The position numbers and the translations under genes are program-made. The notes under the pieces are model-generated. The model saw nothing but the letters and a program-made list of their open reading frames with translations, was not told the DNA's origin and searched no databases. Shown piece by piece: positions 27,927-37,981 of a DNA stretch of 64,000 nucleotides; position 1 is the first letter of the stretch, and every line of letters begins with the position of its first letter. Location: contig CBDFGR010000003.1 of the NCBI GenBank assembly GCA_965247115.1, positions 2,208,001 through 2,272,000 of the forward strand, in the 5' to 3' direction. Source of the stretch: Myxococcota bacterium (GTDB taxonomy: Bacteria; Myxococcota_A; UBA9160; SZUA-336).

Positions 27927-28730
27927 ATGAGCACCTATCTGACTCTGATGCGAAGTCCCCTACGGACTCTCGTCATGGTGGCCGCAATGGCTACAGCGGC
28001 CTCGTTCGCGCTTCCTCAGGAGGTCCAGGCGCAGCACTTCGGACACGGCTTCGGGCACAGATCGAGCTTCGGGCATAGCTTCCACGGTTCGAGCTTCGGG
28101 CATGGCTTCGGTGGTTCCGCGTTCTATGGTCCTGCCTACCGGCCCAACCGCGGATCCGTTCGGATCTCGAACGAATTCCGGGCTGATGCCCAGGTCTACG
28201 TGGACGGCGCGCACGTCGGTGTCGTTGACGACTTCGATGGGATCTTCCAGAGCCTGCGGCTGTATCCGGGAACGTACGAGCTCGAGATCGAGCTCGACGG
28301 CGATCGGAGCTTCCGGCAGCAGGTCTTCGTCAGCCGTGGTCGAACGTACAAGCTTCGCTACGGGGTCGACGCCAACGACGCGGTCGGACTGGCCTCGGCA
28401 ACGGAAGACTCCCCTCGAGCAAGGCGGACTGCCTATGTGCGGGACCGCTTCGCCTCTGGAGGCATCCGGATCCAGGTGAAGCCGGCGAAGGACGAAGCTC
28501 AGGTCTATGTAGACGGCGCGCGTGCCGGCGTGGTCGGCGACTTCGACGGCGTCTTTCAGAGGCTCAATCTGCCGACGGGAAGACACGACGTGGAGATCAG
28601 ACTTGCTGGACATCGAACCTTCCAGAAGATGGTGTTTGTCAGCCCCGGTCGGACCTACACGCTCCGCCACCAGCTCGAGCCCGATTCTGGGCAGATGGCG
28701 GCCAAGGAGTCTCAGTCCCACGAGTCTTGA
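27927..28730 (+). CDS. secreted protein with two PEGA domains and His/Gly/Phe-rich N-terminus
   Basis: Signal peptide ..EVQA; HFGHGFGHRSSFGHSFHG; duplicated AQVYVDG..GVV.DFDG.FQ.L.L..G...EI. Confidence 0.8.
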   Translation: MSTYLTLMRSPLRTLVMVAAMATAASFALPQEVQAQHFGHGFGHRSSFGHSFHGSSFGHGFGGSAFYGPAYRPNRGSVRISNEFRADAQVYVDGAHVGVVDDFDGIFQSLRLYPGTYELEIELDGDRSFRQQVFVSRGRTYKLRYGVDANDAVGLASATEDSPRARRTAYVRDRFASGGIRIQVKPAKDEAQVYVDGARAGVVGDFDGVFQRLNLPTGRHDVEIRLAGHRTFQKMVFVSPGRTYTLRHQLEPDSGQMAAKESQSHES

Positions 28731-28874
28731 GCGAGACGAGTTGGCCTGTCCAAGTTACCGCCGGAATACGGGCGGCTCAGTCGCTGGCGTGGTGGGTCGA
28801 AGTCGATCCACCACGCATGCGATTGGTGGCGCAACGAACTCCTGCGGCGCGGGCGGCTCGGGTAAGGCTCACTG

Positions 28875-29165
28875 ATGGAGAATGTGATGATGACGCTGAG
28901 CAAGATCTTCGGACACCTGTGCATCATCGTGGGCGCCGTCGCCCTCGCAGCTGCGCCTGCGGCCGGAGCGGAGACCGATCCCGAGAGAGCCCTGCGCTCG
29001 CTCTGGTCGATTCCGCTGGATGCCGCCGGGGATGCGATTGCTGCGGGTGGGCGACTCGAGGATGGTGAGAGTCACCTTTCCACCGTCGGCCGGGCATACA
29101 CCACAGGACGTTGGCCTGCACCAGCGCTTGTCCCGCAACCCATGTGGCCGCCTGGCGCGCGGTAA
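28875..29165 (+). CDS. hypothetical small secreted protein (possibly a fragment)
   Basis: Signal-peptide-like N-terminus (IIVGAVALAAAPAAGA); start uncertain. Confidence 0.35.
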   Translation: MENVMMTLSKIFGHLCIIVGAVALAAAPAAGAETDPERALRSLWSIPLDAAGDAIAAGGRLEDGESHLSTVGRAYTTGRWPAPALVPQPMWPPGAR

Positions 29166-29260
29166 CCGCTACTTGTGGGACCGCGGTTGTGGCGACATGT
29201 CCTACGATCTGGTGGACTTCGAAGAGGTCCGAGGGGATTGACCCTGAACTCGGCTCGCGC

Positions 29261-29725
29261 TCAAGAAGTAGGGGAGCCGGCCTGTCTCGCTCCCATGCGG
29301 CGGAGCAGGTCCGCGAAGCGGGGATCCGCGCGGACCTGGGCGTAGCGGGGGTCGGTGAGGACGCTGGGTAACAGCGTCGCGCGCGCGTCGTAGGCACGCT
29401 CCAGCCACTCGAAGGCCTCGTCGGACTCGCCGAGGCCCACGTGGACCAGTGCGGGAGTCATGGGCGCGATCTCGTCCCGCTGCTGTTCATCGATCTCTCT
29501 CAGGAGGTTCCGCGCTTCTGCCTCGTTGCCTGCTTGCACCAGGCAGTAGCCGAGCTCGGCCACGATCACCGGGTCGCTCGTCGAGACGCTCCGGGCTCTG
29601 CGCAGCTCCGCCAGGCCCACGGCAAAGTTCCCTCGCTCGCACTCGAGCCGGCCACGCGATCGGTGCGCGGCTGCGGAGTCCGGGTCCAGCTCGAAGGCTC
29701 GTTCGAACTGCACGATCTGGTCGCC
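29261..29725 (-). pseudogene. C-terminal TPR fragment of TolB-like/TPR kinase or cyclase
   Basis: AFELDP..A...LGESDEAFEWLERAY....L.TDPRY..VRADPRFADLLRRMG; no start. Confidence 0.65.
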
Positions 29726-30049
29726 GAGATCCTGGCGATCCAGCATACTGACCACTCGGTGAATCGGGATTTCGACCACTACGGGGGCCATGTCCAGCTC
29801 GGCTACTCCCTCGGCTCCTGGAAGCCGTACTACCGGTTCGACTTCCTGAACACCGAGAGCGGTGATCCGTTCTACACCGACTTCAGTACGGGATCGCCTC
29901 GCTTCGGGTCCGAGGACACGACCCAGCACACCGTCGGCGTGCGCTGGGACGTCCGGACCTACCTGGCGCTGAAGGCCGAGTTCCGCAGGCTGGTGAACTC
30001 GAGCCTGCGCGACAGCAGCGCGACCCTTCAAGCCGCTTTCGCGTTCTGA
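29700..30049 (+). pseudogene. C-terminal fragment of outer-membrane beta-barrel (porin)
   Basis: VQLGYSLGSWKPYYRFD...TVGVRWD...ALKAEF...QAAFAF* with terminal Phe; no 5' end. Confidence 0.6.
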
Positions 30050-30063
30050 GACGTTTGCAGCAG

Positions 30064-30525
30064 ATGACCCGCTCGGCCTACCTGCTCCCTGCTCTCCTGA
30101 CCCTGTCCCTGGGCAGCGGGATCGGGAGCGCCTCGCCCGCACGAGCGCAGGACCTGGTCGTCATCGTGAACGGTGCCAACAACGTCTCCGAGGTGTCGGT
30201 GCACGACCTGTCGCGGATCTACAAGCTCTCCCGTCGCCGCTGGCCGGACGGCACACCGATCGCGCTCTACCTGCCACCCCCCACCAGCGACGCGGCGAAG
30301 TTGCTGGCGACGAAGCTCCTCAAGGTGGGCGGAGAGGCGGACATGTTCAGCTTCTATCTCAGGGCGATCTTTCGCCAGAAGATCACGACGGTGCCCGAGA
30401 GCATGCCCGGAGCCCCCCTCGCCATCGAGCGAGTGGCGAGCACGCTCGGCGGGATCGCGCTCGTCAAGCGAGACGACGTTGCGTCGGTCGGGCGCGTCCG
30501 CGTGATCGAGGTCGACGGCCTCTGA
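30064..30525 (+). CDS. small periplasmic-binding-protein-like secreted protein (porin partner)
   Basis: Signal peptide; DLVVIVN..N....S...L.RIY....RRWPDG; VASTLGGIALV. Confidence 0.65.
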   Translation: MTRSAYLLPALLTLSLGSGIGSASPARAQDLVVIVNGANNVSEVSVHDLSRIYKLSRRRWPDGTPIALYLPPPTSDAAKLLATKLLKVGGEADMFSFYLRAIFRQKITTVPESMPGAPLAIERVASTLGGIALVKRDDVASVGRVRVIEVDGL

Positions 30526-30578
30526 GCGGACCATGTACCCTTGATGCTCGTCCCTAGCCACATCGGGAGGTTCGCGGC

Positions 30579-31721
30579 ATGCGCGTGGGTACCTGCTTCT
30601 TTGTCCAGAACTACGACGACTGGGACCGCTTCGAGGCCGAGGAGCGCGGCGAGGAGGTAGCGGAGCGACCCGCGACCTCAGATCGCTCGATCTTTCTCGA
30701 CGAGATCGGGTTGGCACAGATCGCGGACGAGCTTGGCTTCGACAGTCTGTGGACCATCGAGCACCACTTCACCCCGTACACGATGGTGACCAACCCGCTG
30801 CAGCTTCTGACCTACCTCGCGGGCGTGACCAAGTCGGTCGATCTCGGAACCATGGTCGTGGTTCTCCCCTGGCACAACCCGGTGCGGGTGGCCGAGGACG
30901 TGAACATGCTCGACGCGCTGCTCGGGCCCGACCGCGAGATCCTTTGCGGCGTCGGGCGCGGTCTCGGCCGCCGCGAGTACCAGGGCCTGAGCGTGGATCA
31001 GAACGAGGCGCGCGGGCGCTTCGATGAGGGCCTGCAGATCCTCCACGAGCTCCTGCGGACCGGCCACTGCACATTCCAGGGTGAGCACTTCCAGGTCAAG
31101 GACGTCCGGCTCCGGCCGCAGCCCGACCGCGATCTGAGCCAGCAGCTCTATTGCGCGGGAGGCACGGCCGAGACGGTCCAGATCATCGCGAAGCACGACG
31201 TCAAGCCGCTCGTCATTCCCACCATGTCCCTGGACCTGGCACAACAGAATTCACGCGACTACGCAAACCTGCGCAAGGAGGCGGGACACGGCCCGGCCCA
31301 CACCAAGCTGGCGCTCTGGACCTACTGCGCCGACTCCCGGGCCGAGGCCGAGTCGACCGCAGAGAAGTACATCATGCAGTACACGGACTCCGCGTTGCGA
31401 CACTACGAGCTGCTCGGAACGCACCTGAAGGACATCAAGGGGTACGAGACCCACGCTGCGACCGCCGATGCACTGCGAGCGGACCCGACGAGCTTTCTGC
31501 GCGGTTTTTTGAAGGGTCACCCCTGGGGCACACCGGACGACATCATCACCCAGACAAAGGATCTGGCCGCTGCGTTTGGCACCTCGGAGATCATGTTCAT
31601 CTTCAAGTACGGCGGGATCCCCATGCAGCAGGCGGAGCGGAGCATGCGGTTGTTTGCCGACGAGGTAATGCCGGCGCTGAAGGAGTTCCACCCCGGCCCG
31701 GTCGAGCCCTCGCTGAGCTGA
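30579..31721 (+). CDS. LLM-class flavin-dependent oxidoreductase
   Basis: ADELGFDSLWTIEHHF, LPWHNPVRVAE, GVGRG, MRLFADEVMP. Confidence 0.9.
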   Translation: MRVGTCFFVQNYDDWDRFEAEERGEEVAERPATSDRSIFLDEIGLAQIADELGFDSLWTIEHHFTPYTMVTNPLQLLTYLAGVTKSVDLGTMVVVLPWHNPVRVAEDVNMLDALLGPDREILCGVGRGLGRREYQGLSVDQNEARGRFDEGLQILHELLRTGHCTFQGEHFQVKDVRLRPQPDRDLSQQLYCAGGTAETVQIIAKHDVKPLVIPTMSLDLAQQNSRDYANLRKEAGHGPAHTKLALWTYCADSRAEAESTAEKYIMQYTDSALRHYELLGTHLKDIKGYETHAATADALRADPTSFLRGFLKGHPWGTPDDIITQTKDLAAAFGTSEIMFIFKYGGIPMQQAERSMRLFADEVMPALKEFHPGPVEPSLS

Positions 31722-31749
31722 CCCTGCGCTACGAAAGGGAGACGTCATC

Positions 31750-32790
31750 ATGTCGAGGCTATCGGAAGACCCGAGAATCGATCCGCGTCTGAAGAAGGTA
31801 TTCGCTGCTCTCCCCGACTTCGCCAACCCCGGCGACGTCCCGAGCCGCGAGAAGCTCCTGGAGTTTGCGAACTCCGACGAACAACGGGCCGCGGCGGCTG
31901 GCCTGCGGGCATTCCTCGCGATGTGTGATACCGAGGAAATCGCTCCTTCGGAAGGTCTCACGGTCACCACCAGGACGTTCATCTCGGAACCCGACGGGAA
32001 CTCCATCAACATTCAGTTCTTTCGCCCGGATGGAGCCGAAGCGCCGCCATGTGTCTACTACATCCACGGCGGCGGTATGCAGGTATTGTCCTGCTACGAC
32101 GGCAACTACCGAGCGTGGGGCAGGATCATCGCGCAGCAGGGCGTGGCTGTCGCGATGGTCGACTTCCGCAATGCATTGACGCCGTCGTCCGCGCCAGAAG
32201 TTGCGCCCTTTCCGGCGGGTCTCGACGATTGCGTGTCCGGCCTGAAGTGGGTTGCCAACAGCGGCGACGCGCTGGAAATCGATACGAGCCGGATCATCGT
32301 TGCCGGTGAAAGCGGTGGCGGGAATCTCACTCTCGCTACCGGGTTGCGTCTTCTCAGAGAGGGAAGCACTAACCTGATTCAGGGCCTCTACTCCCTGTGC
32401 CCGTACATCGCCGGCATCTGGCCCCTCGAGGAAAACCCGTCGTCCATCGAAAACAACGGCATCTTGCTGGACCTGCACAACAACCGGGGCGCGATGGGCT
32501 ATGGAATCGAGGAGCTCGAGCGCAGGAACCCGCTCGCGTGGCCGGGCTTTGCAACCATCGATGACGTCAGGGGGCTACCGCCGACCGTGATCAGCGTGAA
32601 CGAGTGTGATCCACTCCGCGATGAGGGCATCAACTTCTACCGGCGGCTTCTCGACGCAGGTGTCCCGGCGACCTGCCGCCAGGTCATGGGCACGATCCAC
32701 GGCACGGAGGTGTTTCCCGTGGCGTGTCCGGACATCAGCCGAGAAACCGCTCGGAGCATCGCGGATTTCTGCCGAGGAGCGACCCGCTAG
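31750..32790 (+). CDS. alpha/beta hydrolase, HSL-family esterase
   Basis: IHGGG, AGESGGGN, DPLRDEG, GTIHG. Confidence 0.9.
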   Translation: MSRLSEDPRIDPRLKKVFAALPDFANPGDVPSREKLLEFANSDEQRAAAAGLRAFLAMCDTEEIAPSEGLTVTTRTFISEPDGNSINIQFFRPDGAEAPPCVYYIHGGGMQVLSCYDGNYRAWGRIIAQQGVAVAMVDFRNALTPSSAPEVAPFPAGLDDCVSGLKWVANSGDALEIDTSRIIVAGESGGGNLTLATGLRLLREGSTNLIQGLYSLCPYIAGIWPLEENPSSIENNGILLDLHNNRGAMGYGIEELERRNPLAWPGFATIDDVRGLPPTVISVNECDPLRDEGINFYRRLLDAGVPATCRQVMGTIHGTEVFPVACPDISRETARSIADFCRGATR

Positions 32791-32837
32791 ACGGGGCGTC
32801 GTCAGAGCAGACCTCGCCATGTGCTCGCCGGGTCTGC

Positions 32838-33251
32838 TTACCTCGGATCGAGTCGGATCGGGAGCGACCCCTCTCGATCCGTGTCCCCCATGGTCAGAGC
32901 GATGAAGCGATCGGCGAGGCCGTACTTGTCTCGCATTAGCGCGTTCACTCGCTCCCTCGCCGCGTGGTCCCGCTGCGGCACTGCGAGGAAGGGAGCCTGG
33001 TGATCGGCCCGTTCCGCGCGGACCTCGGGGTTGTCGAGCAGGCGTTGAACCCAGCCCGAGTCCGGGCCCCCACGCACCCAGAGTGCGCCCGCTTCCTCTA
33101 CGACCCAGATGCGCGTTTGGTGGGGCTCGCCCGCGGCATCGAGCGTCTCGAGCACAAGGACCTCGCCAGACTCGGATGCCAGGAGCTGGGCGACGCCCAG
33201 GAGCAGGAACAGTCCGGCCACGGCGCCGATTGCAATGGCGATCTTCTTCAC
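32838..33251 (-). CDS. split-barrel nitroreductase/deazaflavin-dependent-like protein with N-terminal membrane anchor
   Basis: Hydrophobic N-terminus; TRIWVVE...WVRG...WVQRL..NPEV...MRDKYG. Confidence 0.6.
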   Translation of the reverse strand: MKKIAIAIGAVAGLFLLLGVAQLLASESGEVLVLETLDAAGEPHQTRIWVVEEAGALWVRGGPDSGWVQRLLDNPEVRAERADHQAPFLAVPQRDHAARERVNALMRDKYGLADRFIALTMGDTDREGSLPIRLDPR

Positions 33252-33259
33252 GGGGACGC

Positions 33260-34453
33260 TCAGATCACTTTTTGGTCCCGCAGCGTCCCGATCGCAGCGG
33301 CGTCCAGGCCGAGCTCGTGCTCCAGAACCTCGGCCGTGTGCTCGCCCAGCAGGGGCGCGCGCCGGTAGACGATCTCGGAGTCGGACAGGTGGATCGGGCA
33401 GCCAAGGTTCGTCATGGGACCGCGCTCGGGGTGGTCGAACTCCACGTACATGCCGCGCGCGCGCAGCTGCTCGTTGTCGAACAGATCCTCGCTGTCGAGA
33501 ATGGGTCCGACCGGCACACCGGCCTTCCCGAGGATCTCGAAGACCTCGAGCTTGGTGCGCTGCTTGGTCCAGTCCTCGATGATGCGCCGCAGCTCGCCGC
33601 CGTCGTCAGGGCCGCGAAGCCCGAAGCGCGCGTAGCGCTCGTCCTCGAGCAGATCCGCCCGGTCGATCGCGCGGGCAAGCCCCTCGAACATGCGGGGGGT
33701 GATGGGCGCCAGGTAGACGTAGTCGTTCGGCCCGCCTGGCGCGCAGGCGAACACGCCCATCGGCGCGCCCTGGGCGTCGCCCGTGCGCGGCAGTGGGCCG
33801 CGCTCGGGGTTGCGCCCTGTCATGGGCACGCGCACGTAGTTCGTGACCGCCTCCTGCATCGATACATCGACGAAGACGCCCTTGCCGGTGCGGCGGGCCT
33901 GCCAGAGCGCCGAGAGCATGCCGAACGCCGCATGGATCCCGGTGCCGGTGTCCCCCATGGTCGGCCCCGGCTTTAGCGGCAACGTGTCGGACGTGCCGGT
34001 GATCGCCATGGCACCGCCGGTGGCCTGCGCGATCATGTCAAAGCTCTTCATCTGTGCCCACGGTCCCGTGCTGCCAAAGCCCTTGACGCTGCAGAACACG
34101 ATGTCGGGCTTGTGCTGCTCGAGCACGTCAAAGCCGAGGTCGAAGCGCTCCATGGTGCCGAGCGTGAAGTTCTCGACGACCACGTCGAAGCCCGGCAACA
34201 GGCGGAGAAAGAGCTCGCGCCCCCTCTCGCTCTTCAGATCGAGGGTGATCGAGCGCTTGTTGTTGTTGAGCGCGATGAAGTAGTTGGAGTCGGCCTTGCT
34301 GCTGCTGAGCAGGGAGCGGCCCGGGTCGCCGCCGGTCGGCGACTCCACCTTGACGACGTCGGCTCCGAACCAGCCGAGCGCCTGGGTGGAGCTCGTTCCA
34401 GCTTCGTACTGGGTCAGATCCAGAATGCGAACGTCGGAGAGTGCCCTTTCCAC
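33260..34453 (-). CDS. class III CoA-transferase (formyl-CoA transferase-like)
   Basis: ILDLTQYEAG, GADVVKVE, NKRSITLDLK, VENF, MGDTGTG (catalytic Asp), APLLGEHT. Confidence 0.9.
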   Translation of the reverse strand: MERALSDVRILDLTQYEAGTSSTQALGWFGADVVKVESPTGGDPGRSLLSSSKADSNYFIALNNNKRSITLDLKSERGRELFLRLLPGFDVVVENFTLGTMERFDLGFDVLEQHKPDIVFCSVKGFGSTGPWAQMKSFDMIAQATGGAMAITGTSDTLPLKPGPTMGDTGTGIHAAFGMLSALWQARRTGKGVFVDVSMQEAVTNYVRVPMTGRNPERGPLPRTGDAQGAPMGVFACAPGGPNDYVYLAPITPRMFEGLARAIDRADLLEDERYARFGLRGPDDGGELRRIIEDWTKQRTKLEVFEILGKAGVPVGPILDSEDLFDNEQLRARGMYVEFDHPERGPMTNLGCPIHLSDSEIVYRRAPLLGEHTAEVLEHELGLDAAAIGTLRDQKVI

Positions 34454-34478
34454 AGGTTCCTCCTGTCGTGAGCCGACC

Positions 34479-36110
34479 TCAGACGGCTCGATACGCCGCG
34501 AACGACTGTGTCGACGAACGCGCCTTGGGATCGGTGATCACGTTCACGACGGCGGGCCGGCCCGAGGCCGCGGCGCGCTCCAGCGCGGGCCGGACGTCGG
34601 CCGGCTTCTCGACGAACTCGCCGTAGGCGCCGAACACCTCCGCCATCTGGTCGTAGCGCGAGAAGCCGAGCTCGCGGCCCGTCATGCCGCCTTCGGCCGC
34701 CCAGCCGCCGTTGTTGCTGATGACGATGAGCGCGGGGATGTCGTGCCGCACCATGGTGTCGATCTCGAGTCCGTTCATGCCGAACGATCCGTCGCCGCTG
34801 AGCACGATCACCTGGGTATCGGGCTTGGCCACCTTTGCGCCGAGTCCGAACGGCACCGCGACACCCATGCAGCCGTTCGGGCCGGCGTTCAGGCGGTGGC
34901 CCGGCGCATGGGTCGGCACCGACTGGCGAGCGAAGTTCAGGATCTCGTGGCCGTCAACCACGACGATCGCGTCGCGGTCCATGAACTCCCGCACCTCGTT
35001 GCACAGTCGCAGTGGGTGCATGGGCGTCTCGTCGGAGTGGAGCAGCTTCTCGGCCTTCTGGCGCGACTCCTGGTCGTAGCCGCGCAGCGTCTCGACCCAG
35101 GCGCTCGCAGCGCCGACGCCGAGCGCGTCACCACCCGCCTCGCAGAGCTGTCGCAGAACCGTCTTGGCGTCGCCCACGATTCCGACGTCGACCGAGCGAT
35201 TGCGGCCAATCTCCTCATCGGAGATGTCGATCTGGATCATCTTCGCGTCCTCGGCAAAGCGTGGGGCCATGCCGAAGCCGATGACGAAGTTCATGCGGGT
35301 GCCGACGATCAGGACGACGTCAGCTTCCTTCCACGCCCGGCCGCGCGCGCCGAGGAAGCACAGCGCGTGGTCTTCGGGGATCACGCCCCGGCCCTGGGGA
35401 GTTGTGTAGAACGGAATGCCGGCGAGCTCCACGAACTCCCGAAGCTCGTCCATGGCGTCGGACCAGAGCACGCCGCTCCCGGTCACCACGATCGGTCGCT
35501 CGGCCGCGGCCAGCAGCGCGATCGCGCGCCTGACCTCCGCGGGATCCGCGGCCAGCCGGGGCACCCGGTGGGGCGAGCGCGGGAACAGGACCTCCTCCGC
35601 TTCCACACGGCGGTAGAGCACGTCGCCGGGAAGGTCGAGATAGACCGGGCCGGGCTGACCGCTCGTGGCGACTCGGAACGCCTTGTTGACGTACTCCGGG
35701 ATGCGCCGCGCGTCCTTGACGCGCTCGGCCCACTTGGTGATGGGCCGGAACATGCCCACCTGATCCATCTCCTGGAACGCGCCCATACCGTCCTGGGAGA
35801 TCGCGCTCGCGCCCCCGAGCGTGACCACCGGTACGGCGTCGAGAAACGCGTTCCCGACCCCGGTGATCAGATTGGTGGTGCCCGGGCCGGACGCGGCAAA
35901 GCACACGCCGGGCCTGCCGCTGACCCGGCTGTAGGCGTGGGCGGCCATCGACGCGGCCTGCTCGTGCCGCGTGTCGACGCAGTGAATGCCGGCGGCGAGC
36001 GCCTCGCCGGCGACGTCGACGATCGGGCCGCCCGTCAGGTAGAAGGCGGTGTCGACGCCCTCGTCCGAGAGTGCCTGCACCACGAGCTGGTTTCCGCTGA
36101 TCTTGCCCAT
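34479..36110 (-). CDS. ThDP-dependent enzyme, oxalyl-CoA decarboxylase / 2-hydroxyacyl-CoA lyase family
   Basis: RHEQAASMAA, GAFQEMDQ, PGPVYLDLPGD, RLNAGPNGCMG, GDGSFG...NNGGW. Confidence 0.85.
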   Translation of the reverse strand: MGKISGNQLVVQALSDEGVDTAFYLTGGPIVDVAGEALAAGIHCVDTRHEQAASMAAHAYSRVSGRPGVCFAASGPGTTNLITGVGNAFLDAVPVVTLGGASAISQDGMGAFQEMDQVGMFRPITKWAERVKDARRIPEYVNKAFRVATSGQPGPVYLDLPGDVLYRRVEAEEVLFPRSPHRVPRLAADPAEVRRAIALLAAAERPIVVTGSGVLWSDAMDELREFVELAGIPFYTTPQGRGVIPEDHALCFLGARGRAWKEADVVLIVGTRMNFVIGFGMAPRFAEDAKMIQIDISDEEIGRNRSVDVGIVGDAKTVLRQLCEAGGDALGVGAASAWVETLRGYDQESRQKAEKLLHSDETPMHPLRLCNEVREFMDRDAIVVVDGHEILNFARQSVPTHAPGHRLNAGPNGCMGVAVPFGLGAKVAKPDTQVIVLSGDGSFGMNGLEIDTMVRHDIPALIVISNNGGWAAEGGMTGRELGFSRYDQMAEVFGAYGEFVEKPADVRPALERAAASGRPAVVNVITDPKARSSTQSFAAYRAV

Positions 36111-36135
36111 CCCGTGGCCTCCTGGTTCGAGCGTG

Positions 36136-37848
36136 TTACGCGTGGCCGTGACGCAACAGGCGTCCCGGCGTGGCCTCCGTGCACTCGCCGTCGACGAAGG
36201 TCGGCTCCCCGTTCACGAAGATCCAGCGATACCCCTGGGGCTTCTTGACGCGGCGCCACTCGCCCGCGGGGAAGTCGCGGACCACCTCAGGCGGCGAGCT
36301 GTGGAGCTGCTCCAGGTCGTAGACGATCACGTCCGCCGGGCGGCCCTCGGCCAAGAGGCCCCGATCTTCGAACCCGGCCATCTGGGCTGGCAGGGCGGAG
36401 AGCCGGTAGTGGGCCTCTTCGAGGCTGAGAAGGTCCTGATCCCGGCAGAGATCTGCCAGGAAGTCGGTGGTGTAGGCGCCGAGCGTCAGGAACTTCGTGT
36501 GGGCCCCACCGTCCGACACGCCAGGCACGGTGTACTCGGAGTCGAAGAGCTCGCGGGTCATGGCCGGATCGGTGTTGAACGGGGGAGTGAAGATCGTCGT
36601 CTGCAGCTTCTCGCTCGTGACGAGGTCGAGCAGCGCCTCGATCGGGTGCTTTCCGGTCATCTCGCCCAGCTCCGCGATCTTTTTGCCCCGGAACTTCTCG
36701 TTCTCTGGTCGCTGGGTCTCGAGGATCACGAACTCGCGGATCGGACCGGTGGTGATTGGCATGCGGCCGTGGTCGTAGTCGTGCCGGAGGGCGGCGCGCA
36801 CCTCGGGGTCGCGCATCTTCGCGAGCCGCTCGTCGACCGTTCCGAGCGTCGCTTCGCGCCACGCGTCCACGCCGTCGAGAAGGTTGAAGTCCTCGAACGT
36901 GTAGGTGAGATCGTTGCCCGCGGTCAGCGTCTGGCCGTACACACGCTTGCCGTTGGCCTGGCACTCCTCGATCCACTTCAACAGACGTCGGTGCTGATTC
37001 GGGTGATAGTTGTTGACGATGACGGCGTTGAACAGGATGGGGACGCCCGAGGCTTCTGCGAGCTTCCCGACGAACGCCAGGTCCTCGTCGATGTCCTCTT
37101 TCGCCTGCGTGATCTGGATGTGGCCGCGTCCCTTGCGGCGCAACACCTCGGCGAAAGCGAGGCACTCCTCGTCGCCCATGATGTCGGTGACCATCGGCGT
37201 GCCGTCGTAGTCGCGCTGGACGGAGGTGAAGCTGTCGCCGAGCCGCTGCACGGACCAGCCGCAGCCGCCAGCGTCGAGCGCCAGCTCGAGCAGCCGGCAC
37301 ATCTCGGCGATCTCCGCCTGCGTCGGCCTGCGGCTCTTGGCAGCCTCGAGGCCCATCACCCAGACCATGAGCGGGCCGATGGGAACGTACGAGAGCACGT
37401 TCACGCCCTTGGGAATGCGCTCCAGCGTGTCCAGCCACTCAGGAAACGTGACCCAGTCCCAGAGCATTCCCGTCTTCATCGAGTCGAACGGGATCGCCTC
37501 GACGCGCGACATGGTCAGCATGGCGCGGTCGCGCTCCTCCGGTCGCACGGGCGCGAAGCCGAAGCCGCAGTTCCCCAGCACGAGCGACGTCACGCCGTGC
37601 CACCCGGACAGGGTCGCGTACGGATCCCACTGGATCTGGGCGTCGTAATGGGTGTGTAAGTCCACGAAGCCGGGCGCCACCACCAGTCCGGTGGCGTCTA
37701 CGACGCGGGCGGCTTCGGCGGCGGGCAGCGAGCCGGCCGAGATCGCGGCGATATTCCCGTCGCGGATCCCCACACTCCCGCGAAAGCGGGCCTGGCGCGT
37801 CCCGTTAATGATGGTGCCGTTCTGAATGATGGTGTCGAACTGTGGCAT
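36136..37848 (-). CDS. N-acyl-D-amino-acid deacylase family amidohydrolase
   Basis: PGFVDLHTHYDAQ, HGVTS.VLGNCG, SDGGAH, DRGLL..G.PAD. Confidence 0.88.
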   Translation of the reverse strand: MPQFDTIIQNGTIINGTRQARFRGSVGIRDGNIAAISAGSLPAAEAARVVDATGLVVAPGFVDLHTHYDAQIQWDPYATLSGWHGVTSLVLGNCGFGFAPVRPEERDRAMLTMSRVEAIPFDSMKTGMLWDWVTFPEWLDTLERIPKGVNVLSYVPIGPLMVWVMGLEAAKSRRPTQAEIAEMCRLLELALDAGGCGWSVQRLGDSFTSVQRDYDGTPMVTDIMGDEECLAFAEVLRRKGRGHIQITQAKEDIDEDLAFVGKLAEASGVPILFNAVIVNNYHPNQHRRLLKWIEECQANGKRVYGQTLTAGNDLTYTFEDFNLLDGVDAWREATLGTVDERLAKMRDPEVRAALRHDYDHGRMPITTGPIREFVILETQRPENEKFRGKKIAELGEMTGKHPIEALLDLVTSEKLQTTIFTPPFNTDPAMTRELFDSEYTVPGVSDGGAHTKFLTLGAYTTDFLADLCRDQDLLSLEEAHYRLSALPAQMAGFEDRGLLAEGRPADVIVYDLEQLHSSPPEVVRDFPAGEWRRVKKPQGYRWIFVNGEPTFVDGECTEATPGRLLRHGHA

Positions 37849-37981
37849 GGGAGTTCCCCCTGTTCCGCTGTGCCTGTCCGACGCGGCCCACGCGGCGGAT
37901 GACGAACAGCGCGTGATTCCTCTGGAAGTCTGACCGCTGCGGCGTCACACTGTCAACTGGGGCAGTCGGAAAGGGAGGCCC

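Noticed and set aside
28731..28760. Antisense GTAAC-N15-CGTCTC as a third ECF promoter
   Set aside because: Spacing is two bases shorter than the two matched copies, and it points into the 3' end of the PEGA gene
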